Below are positions 6,429-15,574 of a stretch of 37,938 nucleotides of DNA, piece by piece. The stretch is from NCBI GenBank assembly GCA_040880625.1, contig JBBDIC010000152.1, positions 9,239-47,176 of the forward strand, written 5' to 3'. The notes below the pieces were generated by a model. The model was not told the origin of the DNA and made no database searches. It saw nothing but the letters and a program-made list of their open reading frames with translations. The position numbers and the translations under genes are program-made. This DNA comes from Dehalococcoidia bacterium. GTDB lineage: Bacteria; Chloroflexota; Dehalococcoidia; UBA2979. Within the stretch, counting starts at the first letter, position 1. Each line of letters opens with the position of its first letter.

Positions 6429-9400
6429 CCATCTCCGACCGCCTCAACGAACTGAACCACGCAGAGACCCCCGCGCGCGAACTTCTCGAGCGGCTGGGAT
6501 ACGCCTACGTGCCTCGCGAAGTGTTGGCAGCGGAACGCGAGGACGAGCGCGGCGTGCTGCTCACGGGCCGGCTGACGGCGGCTCTGATGCGCCTCAACGA
6601 GTGGATGACCGAGGACCAGGCGCAGCGCGTCATCTTCAACCTCCAGCACATCGACGCCACCGGCCTCGCTCGCAACCAGCGCATCCACGAGTACCTGGTC
6701 TACGGCATGCCGCTCACGATCGACCGTGGCGGCCGGCAGGAGACGCCCACGGTCCGCTTCTTCGACTTCGACCATCCGGAGCCGGGTGTTGGCCTCAATG
6801 AGTACGTCGTGACCACGCAGTTCCGCGTCCGCCGTGGCAACGAGCGCGGTAGCGACCGGACCAGCGAGGACGACGAGCGTGTGGTGATGCCCGACCTCGT
6901 GCTCTTCGTGAACGGCATCCCGCTCGTCGTGCTGGAGGCCAAGTCGCCGTCCCTCCTCGAAGTGTGGAAGGCGAAGGCGGTGCGCCAGCTGCTCCGCTAC
7001 CAGGAGGCGGGGCCGGAATGGCACGGCACCGGCGCGCCGGATCTCTTCGATACCAACCTGATGTGCGTTGCCCTTTGCGGTGCGGATGCCGCTTACGGAG
7101 CCATCGGCGCGCCGGAGAACGCCTACGCGCAGTGGAAGTCGATCGAGCCATTCACCACGGCGGACTTCGAGCGCCGCTTCGGCGTCCCGCCCGAGGGCCA
7201 GGCGCGCCTCATCGTCGGTCTGCTCAACCCGTCGGTGCTCCTCGACGTCCTGCGCGACTTCGTCGTCTTCGAGCCGGAACGTGGGCGGCTGGTGAAGAAG
7301 ATCCCGCGCTACCAGCAGTACCGCGCCGTCCGCCATGCCATCGCGCGTGTCCTCGACGGTCGCACGCCCTCGGAGCGTGGCGGCGTGGTCTGGCATACGC
7401 AGGGCTCCGGGAAGTCGCTGACAATGCTCTATCTCGCGACGAAGCTGCGGCGCTCACCGGCGCTGCAAAATCCCACGATCGTTGTGGTCACAGACCGCAC
7501 GCAGCTCGACGAACAGATCTCGAAGACCTTCGAGCGCACCGGCTTCCCGAACCCGGAGCGCGCCGACAGCACACGTGACCTTCGTGCGCTGCTCAGCACG
7601 AACAACGGCCGCACGGTCATGACCACGATCCAGAAGTTCGAGGACGCGCTTGGCGGCCCTGCAGGTGACCGCGATCATCTCAATGACGCCGACAACGTCG
7701 TAGTGATGATCGACGAGGCGCACCGCACCCAGTACGGCCGCCTCGCTGCCAAGATGCGTGCCGCACTGCCGAAGGCAACCTTCATCGGCTTCACCGGCAC
7801 GCCGATCGACCAGGGCTTCAAGCGCACCACGCTCGGTACGTTCGGCGAGCTCATCGACTCGTACACGATCCCGCAATCCGTGGAGGACGGCGCCACCGTC
7901 CCCATCTACTACGAAGCGCGCCTCCCGGAGCTGCACGTCGAAGGCCCGGAGACTCTCGACCGCCTCTTCGACACGCTCTTCCGAGATGAACCGGAGGAGA
8001 CCCGCGCCGAAATCCGTCGCCGCTACGCGAACAAGGAGACGATCGCGGAGGCGGCAAAGCGCATCGAAGCCGTAGCGCTGGACATCGCGGAGCACTACCG
8101 GACGAAGGTGCAGCCCAACGGCTTCAAGGCACAGGTCGTGGCGCCGAGCCGCGCGGCCGCTGTGCGGTACGCGGAGCACCTCGTGACGTTCGGGCTCTCC
8201 GCGTACCCAGTGATCACGACGACGAACAACGATGGCCCCGAGTTCCGGTGGGCGCGCGAACTGGACGAGAACCAGATCGTCAACGCGTTCATCGATCCTG
8301 ACGGCGAGCCGCAGATCCTCGTGGTCGTCGACAAGCTCATTACCGGCTTCGATGCGCCCGTGGAGCAAGTGCTCTACCTCGACCGTTCGATCCGCGAACA
8401 CACGTTGCTTCAAGCGATTGCCCGCGTGAACCGCCGTTACTCGCGCACGAAGGACGGCGTCACGACGGAGAAGACCTACGGCCTCGTCGTCGACTACCAC
8501 GGCGTTTCGCGCGAACTGGAGAGCGCCCTCGCCATCTTCGACCGCGGCGATATCGCTGATGCACTCACCGAGCTACCCGAGGATCCCGGCCCCGTTATCC
8601 AGGCGACCGCCGATCGTGCGGAGGCGCACTTCCGCGGGCTCAACCTCGACGACGCTTGGGCGTGCGTCCATCGCTTCGACGCAGACACCGGTACCGAGGG
8701 CGACTACAAAGCCGACCTCTATGAGCTGTTCGACCGCGACTACCGCGACTTCTCAACGCTGATGGATCGGTTCCTGCCGGAGCCGGCCGCGATCGCCTAC
8801 CTCGATCGCCTGCGACGCCTCACCGTCATCCGGTCCTACGCGCGCGCCCTGTTCCTCCGAGAGCGCGCCGACATCGACTGGACCGCCGTCGGCGCGAAAG
8901 TAAAGCAGCTCCTCGATTCACGGATCGACGCGACGGTGCGCGAACTGATGGCGCCGGTGTCTATCCTCGACCAGGACTTTGAGCAGAAAATCGCGCGTCT
9001 CCCTCACGACGAAGCACGCGCCTCGGTGATGGAGCATGCCATCCGAGCCCAGATCAAGGAGCGCGTCGATGAGAACCCGGTGTTCTACGAACGCCTTTCG
9101 GAAGCCCTCGAACGGATCATCCGCGAACTCCGTGCACGCCTCATCGATGCCGCCGAGGGCTGCAAGCGCCTGGCTGTGCTGCGTTCTCAGATCAGCCGTG
9201 AGGAGGCGATCGCAGCGGAGCACGGCCTCACGCCGGTTTCGTTCGCCGTCTACGGCCTCCTCTCTGGGGACACGGTCGGCGGTGAAGCCAATGCCGGCGC
9301 GCGACAGGTGCGTGACGAAAGCGACGGCTACGTCCCCGAGTTCGACGAGCGGCTGAAGGAGGTCGCGCGCGATATCGATGCAGTCCTCCAGGAGCACCGC

Positions 9401-9553
9401 GCCATCATCGACTGGCGCGAGAACCTCGACGTGCAGCGCGAGATGCGGCGCGACATCAAACGCCTCCTCCGCGACACAGGCCGCTATGCCGAAGAAGAAC
9501 TCGACGAGCTCGTGCGGCAGGTCGTGGAGGTCGCCCGGAGGCGCCTCACATGA
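6425..9553 (+). CDS. hsdR: Type I restriction enzyme endonuclease/translocase subunit
   Basis: The protein is 1042 aa. N-terminal PD-(D/E)xK nuclease motif (PDLVLFVNGIPLVVLEAKSP), helicase motif I WHTQGSGKSLTM, motif II DEAH (VVMIDEAHRTQ), TGTPI, and motif VI QAIARVNR. Confidence 0.95.
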   Translation: MTISDRLNELNHAETPARELLERLGYAYVPREVLAAEREDERGVLLTGRLTAALMRLNEWMTEDQAQRVIFNLQHIDATGLARNQRIHEYLVYGMPLTIDRGGRQETPTVRFFDFDHPEPGVGLNEYVVTTQFRVRRGNERGSDRTSEDDERVVMPDLVLFVNGIPLVVLEAKSPSLLEVWKAKAVRQLLRYQEAGPEWHGTGAPDLFDTNLMCVALCGADAAYGAIGAPENAYAQWKSIEPFTTADFERRFGVPPEGQARLIVGLLNPSVLLDVLRDFVVFEPERGRLVKKIPRYQQYRAVRHAIARVLDGRTPSERGGVVWHTQGSGKSLTMLYLATKLRRSPALQNPTIVVVTDRTQLDEQISKTFERTGFPNPERADSTRDLRALLSTNNGRTVMTTIQKFEDALGGPAGDRDHLNDADNVVVMIDEAHRTQYGRLAAKMRAALPKATFIGFTGTPIDQGFKRTTLGTFGELIDSYTIPQSVEDGATVPIYYEARLPELHVEGPETLDRLFDTLFRDEPEETRAEIRRRYANKETIAEAAKRIEAVALDIAEHYRTKVQPNGFKAQVVAPSRAAAVRYAEHLVTFGLSAYPVITTTNNDGPEFRWARELDENQIVNAFIDPDGEPQILVVVDKLITGFDAPVEQVLYLDRSIREHTLLQAIARVNRRYSRTKDGVTTEKTYGLVVDYHGVSRELESALAIFDRGDIADALTELPEDPGPVIQATADRAEAHFRGLNLDDAWACVHRFDADTGTEGDYKADLYELFDRDYRDFSTLMDRFLPEPAAIAYLDRLRRLTVIRSYARALFLRERADIDWTAVGAKVKQLLDSRIDATVRELMAPVSILDQDFEQKIARLPHDEARASVMEHAIRAQIKERVDENPVFYERLSEALERIIRELRARLIDAAEGCKRLAVLRSQISREEAIAAEHGLTPVSFAVYGLLSGDTVGGEANAGARQVRDESDGYVPEFDERLKEVARDIDAVLQEHRAIIDWRENLDVQREMRRDIKRLLRDTGRYAEEELDELVRQVVEVARRRLT

Positions 9554-10281
9554 CCGAGTGCGGTGAGGTGCAGCTCGGCGATGCGCGCATCCAGTACCGC
9601 GTCGTCCGCAGTCCGAAGCGCCACAAGACGATCGAGATCACCGTTGATGAACTGGGCCTGGTCACCATCGCCGCCCCGATGGGCACCACATCGGACCGTC
9701 TCGAAGAAACCGTGCGCCGGCGAGCGAAGTGGATTGTGTTACACGACGGCGCGGCATCACCGAGCGCGCCGACGCGGCGATTTGTGAGCGGCGAGTCGTT
9801 CCCGTATCTCGGGCGTTCCGTGCGTCTTACCGTGCGCCCCACCGACGATCAGGACGTCTCCATCCGGTTCCACCACTGGCAGTTCGACCTCGACGTCCCG
9901 CGGCGCCTGCATGGCGACGAACGCCAGATGAAGGTGCGCGCCGCCGTGGCGGCGTGGTACCGGGAGCGCGCAGCACTGAAGCTCCCGGCGCGCGTCGACC
10001 GCATCGCCGGCCTCCTCGGTGTACAGCCCAAAGCCGTCCTCATCCGTGATCAGCGCATCCGCTGGGCTAGTTGTTCTGCCGATGGGACACTTCGTTTCAA
10101 CTGGCGCGCTGTGATGGCCCCGCCAGCACTTATTGACTACGTCGTGGCACATGAACTCGCCCATTTGCGGATCCGTGCCCATAGCGCCGAGTACTGGGCC
10201 GTCGTTGCTCAGGCGATTCCGGACTACCGCATGCGGCGAGAGCGACTGAGAGAAGTTGGCGCTGTCCTGGACATCAGTTGA
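9550..10281 (+). CDS. YgjP-like/COG1451 (DUF45, M48-like) HExxH metal-dependent hydrolase
   Basis: The protein is 243 aa. Its ATG overlaps the hsdR TGA (ATGA at 9550-9553). The zinc motif VVAHELAHL is preceded by RWASCS...LRFNWR, which is typical of this family. Confidence 0.8.
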   Translation: MTECGEVQLGDARIQYRVVRSPKRHKTIEITVDELGLVTIAAPMGTTSDRLEETVRRRAKWIVLHDGAASPSAPTRRFVSGESFPYLGRSVRLTVRPTDDQDVSIRFHHWQFDLDVPRRLHGDERQMKVRAAVAAWYRERAALKLPARVDRIAGLLGVQPKAVLIRDQRIRWASCSADGTLRFNWRAVMAPPALIDYVVAHELAHLRIRAHSAEYWAVVAQAIPDYRMRRERLREVGAVLDIS

Positions 10282-10613
10282 TCTGCCTCGCGTCGTCGGG
10301 TCGCTCCAGATGATGGACAAGAAGTGCGACGGACCTCGGCGTCGGGGTGCTGCGCCTGCAGCTCGGTGAGGCGGGCGGCCACCTCGGCTGTGGTCAGCCC
10401 CGAGGGGATGACCGCGAGCGGCTCGGTCGGAGCCGCCCCACCTTCGGCCCGTCTCGTCTCGATGCCCGACCGCCATGGCCTCGCGCGCTTCGCGGAGTCG
10501 CTTGGCCCAGCACGGCCAACGCCGGACACGGCACCTGCCAGCCGATCGCGGTGACCTTCGCCGTGAGGTGACAGGCCGCGGGCTTCGGGCACTCCGAACA
10601 CATCTCGTCGGGA

Positions 10614-11465
10614 TCAGGCCGGTTGCAGAGCGGTCTCGAAGAAGATGGTCAGTTCCTTCGCAACCGCTTCGGGTGCGACCACCGGGGCGAAATGTCCGAC
10701 GCCCGGCACCTCCCGAACGTAAGGATCGGCGACGTGCTGAGCGATGTGCCGTGCCGCGTCGTCGAACGCCGCGCCGAGCAGCGTCTCCTCGCCCGTCAGG
10801 AGCAGGACCGGCACCGTGACCTGCGCGAGGACCTCGGGGTGGTCCGGCCCGGGCCCCTCGGTGGTCATGAGCTGCTGGAAGAACGACAGCAGCTCCGGAA
10901 CACCTGCGGACCACCGCTCGTGGAAGTCCGTGCCCTCGAGGGCAGCGACTTCGTCGTCGTTGCAGATGCCCGCGAGGAACGCATGAACGGCATCAATCAG
11001 GCGACCGTCGCGAGCCGCGATCCCCACCTGCTCGATCGCAGCAGCGAGTTGACCGAGGCAGGCCTGTCCATTCGGTCCGAGGGCGTCCGCCGACGCGCCC
11101 GACTCCCAGACGGCCACGGCGGCCACCGCGTCGCTTCGGGCCGCCGCTCCGAGCACGAACGGACCGCCGCCCGACCACCCAATCAGGCTGACCGGCTCGC
11201 CAATGCTCTCCACGAATGCGATGACGTCCTCCTGGAGGCGTGGCAGCGAATGGTCTGGATGGTCGGCGGACAGTCCGCGGCCACGCGTGCTGGGCAGGTA
11301 GCAGGTGAATCGGTCCGTGAGATGGGGCAGCAATTCGTCCCAGGCGAACTCGCCGTCCCCGATCGCGCCGTGGACCAGTACCAGCCGTGGCCCCTGCCCG
11401 ATGACTCGTCCGACGATCTCAGTGCCGTCTGCGGATGTGGCTCGCTGGATCCTTGCTTCCCTCAT
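10614..11465 (-). CDS. Alpha/beta-fold hydrolase
   Basis: Nucleophile elbow LIGWSGGG, 'LVLVHGAIGDG' near the N-terminus, and a C-terminal 'VPGVGHFAP' His motif. The start was trimmed to the ATG at 11465 (MREARIQ...), which is preceded by a perfect AGGAGG. The longer track ORF has no ribosome-binding site. Confidence 0.85.
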   Translation of the reverse strand: MREARIQRATSADGTEIVGRVIGQGPRLVLVHGAIGDGEFAWDELLPHLTDRFTCYLPSTRGRGLSADHPDHSLPRLQEDVIAFVESIGEPVSLIGWSGGGPFVLGAAARSDAVAAVAVWESGASADALGPNGQACLGQLAAAIEQVGIAARDGRLIDAVHAFLAGICNDDEVAALEGTDFHERWSAGVPELLSFFQQLMTTEGPGPDHPEVLAQVTVPVLLLTGEETLLGAAFDDAARHIAQHVADPYVREVPGVGHFAPVVAPEAVAKELTIFFETALQPA

Positions 11466-11605
11466 GATTCGTGCCTCCTGGTGTGTGGCGCCGCGGTTCG
11501 GCGCGTCTGCGCACACGCTAGGCATCGCGCCGCTGCGGCACATCGGCGCGACTGACCATTCTGCGGTCAGGCCACTACGCGCTTGTGCGTAGGGAGGGGG
11601 CGGCG

Positions 11606-13228
11606 CTACCGGGCGGTCGCGATGCCGTGGTCGATGGCATAGCGCGCGGCCTGGGTCCGGGAGGTCACATCGATCTTGCTGAAGATGTTGGTCAGGTGCC
11701 GCGCGACCGTGCGCTCGCTGATGAACAGCTCCTCGCCAATCTGCCGGTTGGAGCGGCCAGCGGCCACCACCGCCAACACCTCACATTCGCGACTGGTCAG
11801 CCCGTCCGGCGCTTCCTGTGTGGGCCGGGATACGCCCAGGCGCTCGAACGTAGCCACCGCCAGCGAGACCTCCGAGGCCGCAGACACCTCGTCGTCCAGT
11901 GCCCGGTAGGCCTCCGCGAGTCGGATCGAGGTGCAAGCAGCGTCGTACGCCGCACCGACGTCCTGCCAGCGCCGGCAGGCATCCCGGAGTACAGGCAATG
12001 CCTCCTCGGCACGGCCTTCGGCCAGCAGCACGGCGCCCCGCGCGGTGGCCGCCATCGCCTCCAGCCCCGACGTGGGGTACGTCGAAGCCGTTTTCTCGAG
12101 CTCGGCCGCGGCGGACGCAGCCTCGTCTGTCCGTCCCGCGGCGAGAGCGATCTCGACGTATGCGGCGCACAACGGCGCCCGGACCAACGAGTCGGCTCCC
12201 ACTGCGGCGACGGCCGAGCGCATCGAGCGGTAGGCCCCCTCGGCGTCACCATCGGCGAGCCGCAGCAGCGCCCGTCCCGGCTGCGGGTTGCGTCCGCGAG
12301 CGTGCGCCTCGTCGTACGCATCGGTGGCGCCCGGGTCGCCGCGCAGCCGGCGTGACTCGGCAACGACGTACCAGGCCTCTGCGGCGTAGTCGATCCGTGA
12401 GGAGTCGAGGAACTCCATGACCTGCAGGGCCGCCCGCTCGGCCTCGGCCCAAGCTCCGCGGAGCAGATGGAGTTGGGCCCGGTGCACGGCACACAGGCCG
12501 CCGAACGGACCCCCGAGCGGCAGCGCCGCGGGGAGCGTGCGCAGCCACGCCTCGGTGAGGTCCGTCCAGCGGGTCATCCGCCGGAGCTCGGCCACCTCGT
12601 GGCAGGCCGCGATCGTGTGGCAGTAGAGGGTGCCCAGGGTGAACGGCGCGAGCCGGCCGTCGAGGACCGCGACCATCGCCTCGTCGACCAGCGCCAACCC
12701 GTCCGCCGTGTGGCCCGACTTCAGTAGCGCCCGACCCTCGGCATGGATACCCACGGCCACCAGGTCGGGCTGGTCCAACCGGCGCCCGAGGTCCTGCAGC
12801 TGGCGAGCAGCCTTCACCGCGTCTGCCGGCCTCCCAGCGTGCAGGTTCGCCTCCACCGCAGTGAGGAACAGCAGGTAGCCGTGCGCGGTGCACTCCGGCA
12901 GCCCCTCCGTGAGGCGTCCGGCGCGGCCGAGCCAGCCCATGCCCTGCGGCTCGTCGCCCAGGCTCAGATGGAAGATCCCGAGGAGCACCGCGGACATGGC
13001 GGCGTCCGCCGGCCGGGAGTCCGCCAGGAAGGCGTTGTACGCGACCGCGCCGAGCCGTAGGTTGTCCTCGGCCCGGCCCATCCAGAACAGCGTGTCGGCG
13101 TAGGCGGCGAGGTCGTCCGCGGCCAGTTCGTCGGTGGCGATCGCCGCGAAGGACGCCGCGGCCGTCGGCCAGTCCTGAGACGCGTAGGCCCCCCGGGCGC
13201 GGGTCAGATTCTCCCCGTGTGCGGCCAT
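11606..13228 (-). CDS. LuxR-family transcriptional regulator with long TPR-like/helical-repeat N-terminal region (no NTPase domain seen)
   Basis: C-terminal LuxR HTH: LTSRECEVLAVVAAGRSNRQIGEELFISERTVARHLTNIFSKIDVTSRTQAA. The preferred start is the ATG at 13228, preceded by GAGGGGGAATCGG. The ATG at 13246 is the alternative. Confidence 0.85.
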   Translation of the reverse strand: MAAHGENLTRARGAYASQDWPTAAASFAAIATDELAADDLAAYADTLFWMGRAEDNLRLGAVAYNAFLADSRPADAAMSAVLLGIFHLSLGDEPQGMGWLGRAGRLTEGLPECTAHGYLLFLTAVEANLHAGRPADAVKAARQLQDLGRRLDQPDLVAVGIHAEGRALLKSGHTADGLALVDEAMVAVLDGRLAPFTLGTLYCHTIAACHEVAELRRMTRWTDLTEAWLRTLPAALPLGGPFGGLCAVHRAQLHLLRGAWAEAERAALQVMEFLDSSRIDYAAEAWYVVAESRRLRGDPGATDAYDEAHARGRNPQPGRALLRLADGDAEGAYRSMRSAVAAVGADSLVRAPLCAAYVEIALAAGRTDEAASAAAELEKTASTYPTSGLEAMAATARGAVLLAEGRAEEALPVLRDACRRWQDVGAAYDAACTSIRLAEAYRALDDEVSAASEVSLAVATFERLGVSRPTQEAPDGLTSRECEVLAVVAAGRSNRQIGEELFISERTVARHLTNIFSKIDVTSRTQAARYAIDHGIATAR

Positions 13229-13430
13229 CCGATTCCCCCTCGACATGGGGCATGCTACCGCGCGCGCTCCGTACCCACGAGGGATTCCGACCAGATCGTT
13301 CCGTCTTCGACTGAAACCGACCCCTCGGTTCGAGTGGCCTTCGACCACTCGCGCGTATCGTCCGCGGCATAAGCAGGGCGTACGCCGGTTCCGCCGCTCG
13401 CATTCGAGCAGACAAGCCGGCACGGATGGC

Positions 13431-13556
13431 TCATCCGGGCATCGGCAACGGATCACCCCGACACCGCTCCAGCTCGGGCGTCGGGGTGTCCGGCCACAGC
13501 ACGGCCCGGATCAGGTCGCGGTCCCGCTCCATCTCCTCGACGGTGCATGACTTCAT
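13431..13556 (-). CDS. 41-aa ORF translationally coupled to the upstream CHY-like gene (MKSCTVEEMERDRDLIRAVLWPDTPTPELERCRGDPLPMPG)
   Basis: Its ATG overlaps the upstream TGA (ATGA at 13553-13556). Third-position G/C is high throughout and the composition is balanced. It lies directly upstream of the LuxR gene on the same strand. I recognise no homology. Confidence 0.35.
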   Translation of the reverse strand: MKSCTVEEMERDRDLIRAVLWPDTPTPELERCRGDPLPMPG

Positions 13557-13984
13557 GGCAGCGCCCCCTGCCGGCGGCGCCAGCGTCCGCAGCGTGGCCG
13601 GTGCTGGCCGATGTTCTGGCGCCAGGTCCGCCTGTGCGCCTTGATCAGCGACCGCTGCAGCGCGAGGACGGTGGGCCGCATCTCCTCGCACGCGGCCAGA
13701 GTCGTCGCCAGGCGGTGGAGGTCGTGGTCGAGATGGTCGGCTTCGTCGAGGGCGGCAGCGGTGCCCAGATCCCGCCGGACGTCGACCTCCTTCTTGATGG
13801 TCGCGGCGAGTAGCCGGATCACTTCGCAGCAGTGGTCAGCGACCGCCTGGTGGCACTCGTAACACGGGAACCACCTCCTGCAACAGTGCATGCGTAGCGC
13901 AACGATATCGGTAGGCCCATGCCAGTGGACACAGCGTGTCTCCTCATCGACGTCGAGCCCATACACGCGCTCTCCGTGCACCAC
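13553..13984 (-). CDS. CHY-type zinc-finger-like protein (only the first half of the domain) fused to a helical C-terminal region
   Basis: VHGERVYGLDVDEETRCVHWHGPTDIVALRMHCCRRWFPCYECHQAVADH matches the N-terminal half of bacterial CHY-finger (COG4357-type) proteins. The expected second Cys cluster is absent in all three frames. The start was set to the GTG at 13984, because upstream codons overlap the transporter 3' end and look non-coding. Confidence 0.5.
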   Translation of the reverse strand: MVHGERVYGLDVDEETRCVHWHGPTDIVALRMHCCRRWFPCYECHQAVADHCCEVIRLLAATIKKEVDVRRDLGTAAALDEADHLDHDLHRLATTLAACEEMRPTVLALQRSLIKAHRRTWRQNIGQHRPRCGRWRRRQGALP

Positions 13985-14093
13985 GCGCCCTGTACTCGCT
14001 GCATCTCCATCGCCACCCTTCCTGCTACGCACTGGCCCAGCTACAAACGCCGGCACGAGGGGCCTCACTCCAAGATCCGCCGAAGCCTCACCC

Positions 14094-15527
14094 CTAGCCG
14101 ACCGGGTCGCGCAACGACCGGACGCGACCTCTGATGCCGTCCAGGTCAGCCACTCGTTGCTGGAGGACGGACACGGCGAGCGCGACCACGGTGGACGCGA
14201 CGAGTGCGCCGAGGAACGGCAGCAGCGTCGGCACCGCACCGGGGAAAGTCGCCAGGCGAACGGCCTCGCCGAGTGAGCCGGTGGCCACCATGTTGGGCAC
14301 GACGCAGCCGGCCAGGCCCGCCACCGACCCTGCGAAGGCGGCGCTGGTCGTAGCGCGACTCCAGAGGCCGAGCAGCGTGGGGACCACGGTGGCCGCGCAG
14401 AGTAGGTCGGCGATGAGGAAGAGGCGGAGCACGGAGTAGCTCTGCCAGGCGATCACCACCGCCGGGACGAGGAGCAGCACCGTCACAATGCGCGCCTGTG
14501 GCAGCGTCAGCCGACGATGCTCCGCGGCGACCAGTGCCGTCATCCCGTTGACCAGCGTGTCCACCGAAGACGCCACCAGCGCCACGCCAAGCACGATGAC
14601 CGTGGCGACCACCCAGGCCGGCGCTGCGGCAACGACGGCGAAGAAGGGCACCGGCGGAGTCCCCAGGTCGATTGCGGCTCCCGCAGCGATGAGGCCAAGG
14701 ACCCCCAGGACGAGCACGACCGGTATCGAGACAAGGGCTCCGAGCAGACCCGCCCGCGCGAGGCTGCGGGTGTCCCTGGAGGCCCACACACGCTGCCAGT
14801 AGCCCTGGTGAAAGAGGTTCGCCGCGGTGACGGCGATGATCAGCGTGACCGCCACCTCGATACCAACGCGGTCGACCCGGACGAGGCCAGAATCGCTGAA
14901 TGCCGCGACCGGGTCGCTCACCTCTCCGATCACCGCAGCCGTGACGATCACGAGTAGCGCGATCGTGAGCCAGGCCTGCCAGCTGTCCGTCCGCATGCTT
15001 GCGCGGAGTCCTCCCGCAGCCGTGTAGGCAAGGGTGGCCGCTGCCACCGCGACGACAGCGATACGTGGATCAAGCCCGGAGAGGATGGCAGTGACGCCGC
15101 CCACGGCTGTCAGTTCGGCGGTGACGAAGAAGAACATGTACATGATCGAGATGCCGATCACGTACGCCTGGAACGGCCGCCCGAAGCGAGCCCCGACAAA
15201 CTCCGTGAGCGTGTGCCCTTCGGGGACGATGCGGCGCATGCGCCGTCCCAGCAGGATGAACGCGAGGATCGGCGCCGCGACGCCGAGGGCGTAGCCGACG
15301 ACCCCGACGAGCCCAATAAACGCCCCGACCTCCGGTGGCGCGAACAGGATCCAGGCTCCGAGGCCGGAGGCGACGAACGAGAGCCCCACCGCCGTCGTGC
15401 CCTGACTGTTGCGCGCGATGACGAAGTCTTCGAGGTCGCCGTCCGCACGACGTGCCCGGATGCCGACCCACGCGAACAGCGCCAGCACCGCCACCATGGC
15501 GACCAGCGTGATCTCCCACCCAAGCAT
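14094..15527 (-). CDS. Sodium:solute symporter (SSS) family transporter; candidate thiamine-precursor importer of the ThiV type
   Basis: A multi-TM protein of 477 aa. The N-terminus (FVIARNSQGTTAVGLSFVASGLGAWILFAPPE) resembles the SSS (PutP/PanF) signature region. The start was trimmed to the ATG at 15527, preceded by GAGGGAGACAGCC. It is the last gene of the TPP-riboswitch operon, next to the TenA genes. Confidence 0.7.
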   Translation of the reverse strand: MLGWEITLVAMVAVLALFAWVGIRARRADGDLEDFVIARNSQGTTAVGLSFVASGLGAWILFAPPEVGAFIGLVGVVGYALGVAAPILAFILLGRRMRRIVPEGHTLTEFVGARFGRPFQAYVIGISIMYMFFFVTAELTAVGGVTAILSGLDPRIAVVAVAAATLAYTAAGGLRASMRTDSWQAWLTIALLVIVTAAVIGEVSDPVAAFSDSGLVRVDRVGIEVAVTLIIAVTAANLFHQGYWQRVWASRDTRSLARAGLLGALVSIPVVLVLGVLGLIAAGAAIDLGTPPVPFFAVVAAAPAWVVATVIVLGVALVASSVDTLVNGMTALVAAEHRRLTLPQARIVTVLLLVPAVVIAWQSYSVLRLFLIADLLCAATVVPTLLGLWSRATTSAAFAGSVAGLAGCVVPNMVATGSLGEAVRLATFPGAVPTLLPFLGALVASTVVALAVSVLQQRVADLDGIRGRVRSLRDPVG

Positions 15528-15574
15528 GGCTGTCTCCCTCACTGCACTGTGTGACGCGTCCACGCGGACCGCCT

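Noticed and set aside
6305-8500. ORFs of 363 aa and 348 aa antisense to hsdR, plus several +-strand alternative-frame ORFs.
   Set aside because: They overlap a gene with clear nuclease and DEAH helicase motifs. Their composition is low-complexity Arg/Pro/Ala. I treat them as shadow ORFs.
9757-10914. A 385-aa minus-strand ORF spanning the metallohydrolase, the spacer and the hydrolase 3' end.
   Set aside because: It crosses two well-supported genes in wrong frames. It is extremely Arg/Gly/Pro-rich and has no start context.
13305-13345. CTTCGAC repeated twice (plus GTTCGAG) upstream of the LuxR gene as a candidate operator.
   Set aside because: A 7-mer occurring twice within 40 nt of GC-rich DNA is weak evidence. 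It is mentioned only as context in the CHY/LuxR finding.
10623-13415. A 310-aa +-strand ORF opposite the hydrolase, and 389-aa/231-aa alternative-frame ORFs inside the LuxR gene.
   Set aside because: The opposite-strand or in-frame genes carry recognisable GxSxG and LuxR-HTH motifs. These alternatives are Arg/Pro-rich noise.
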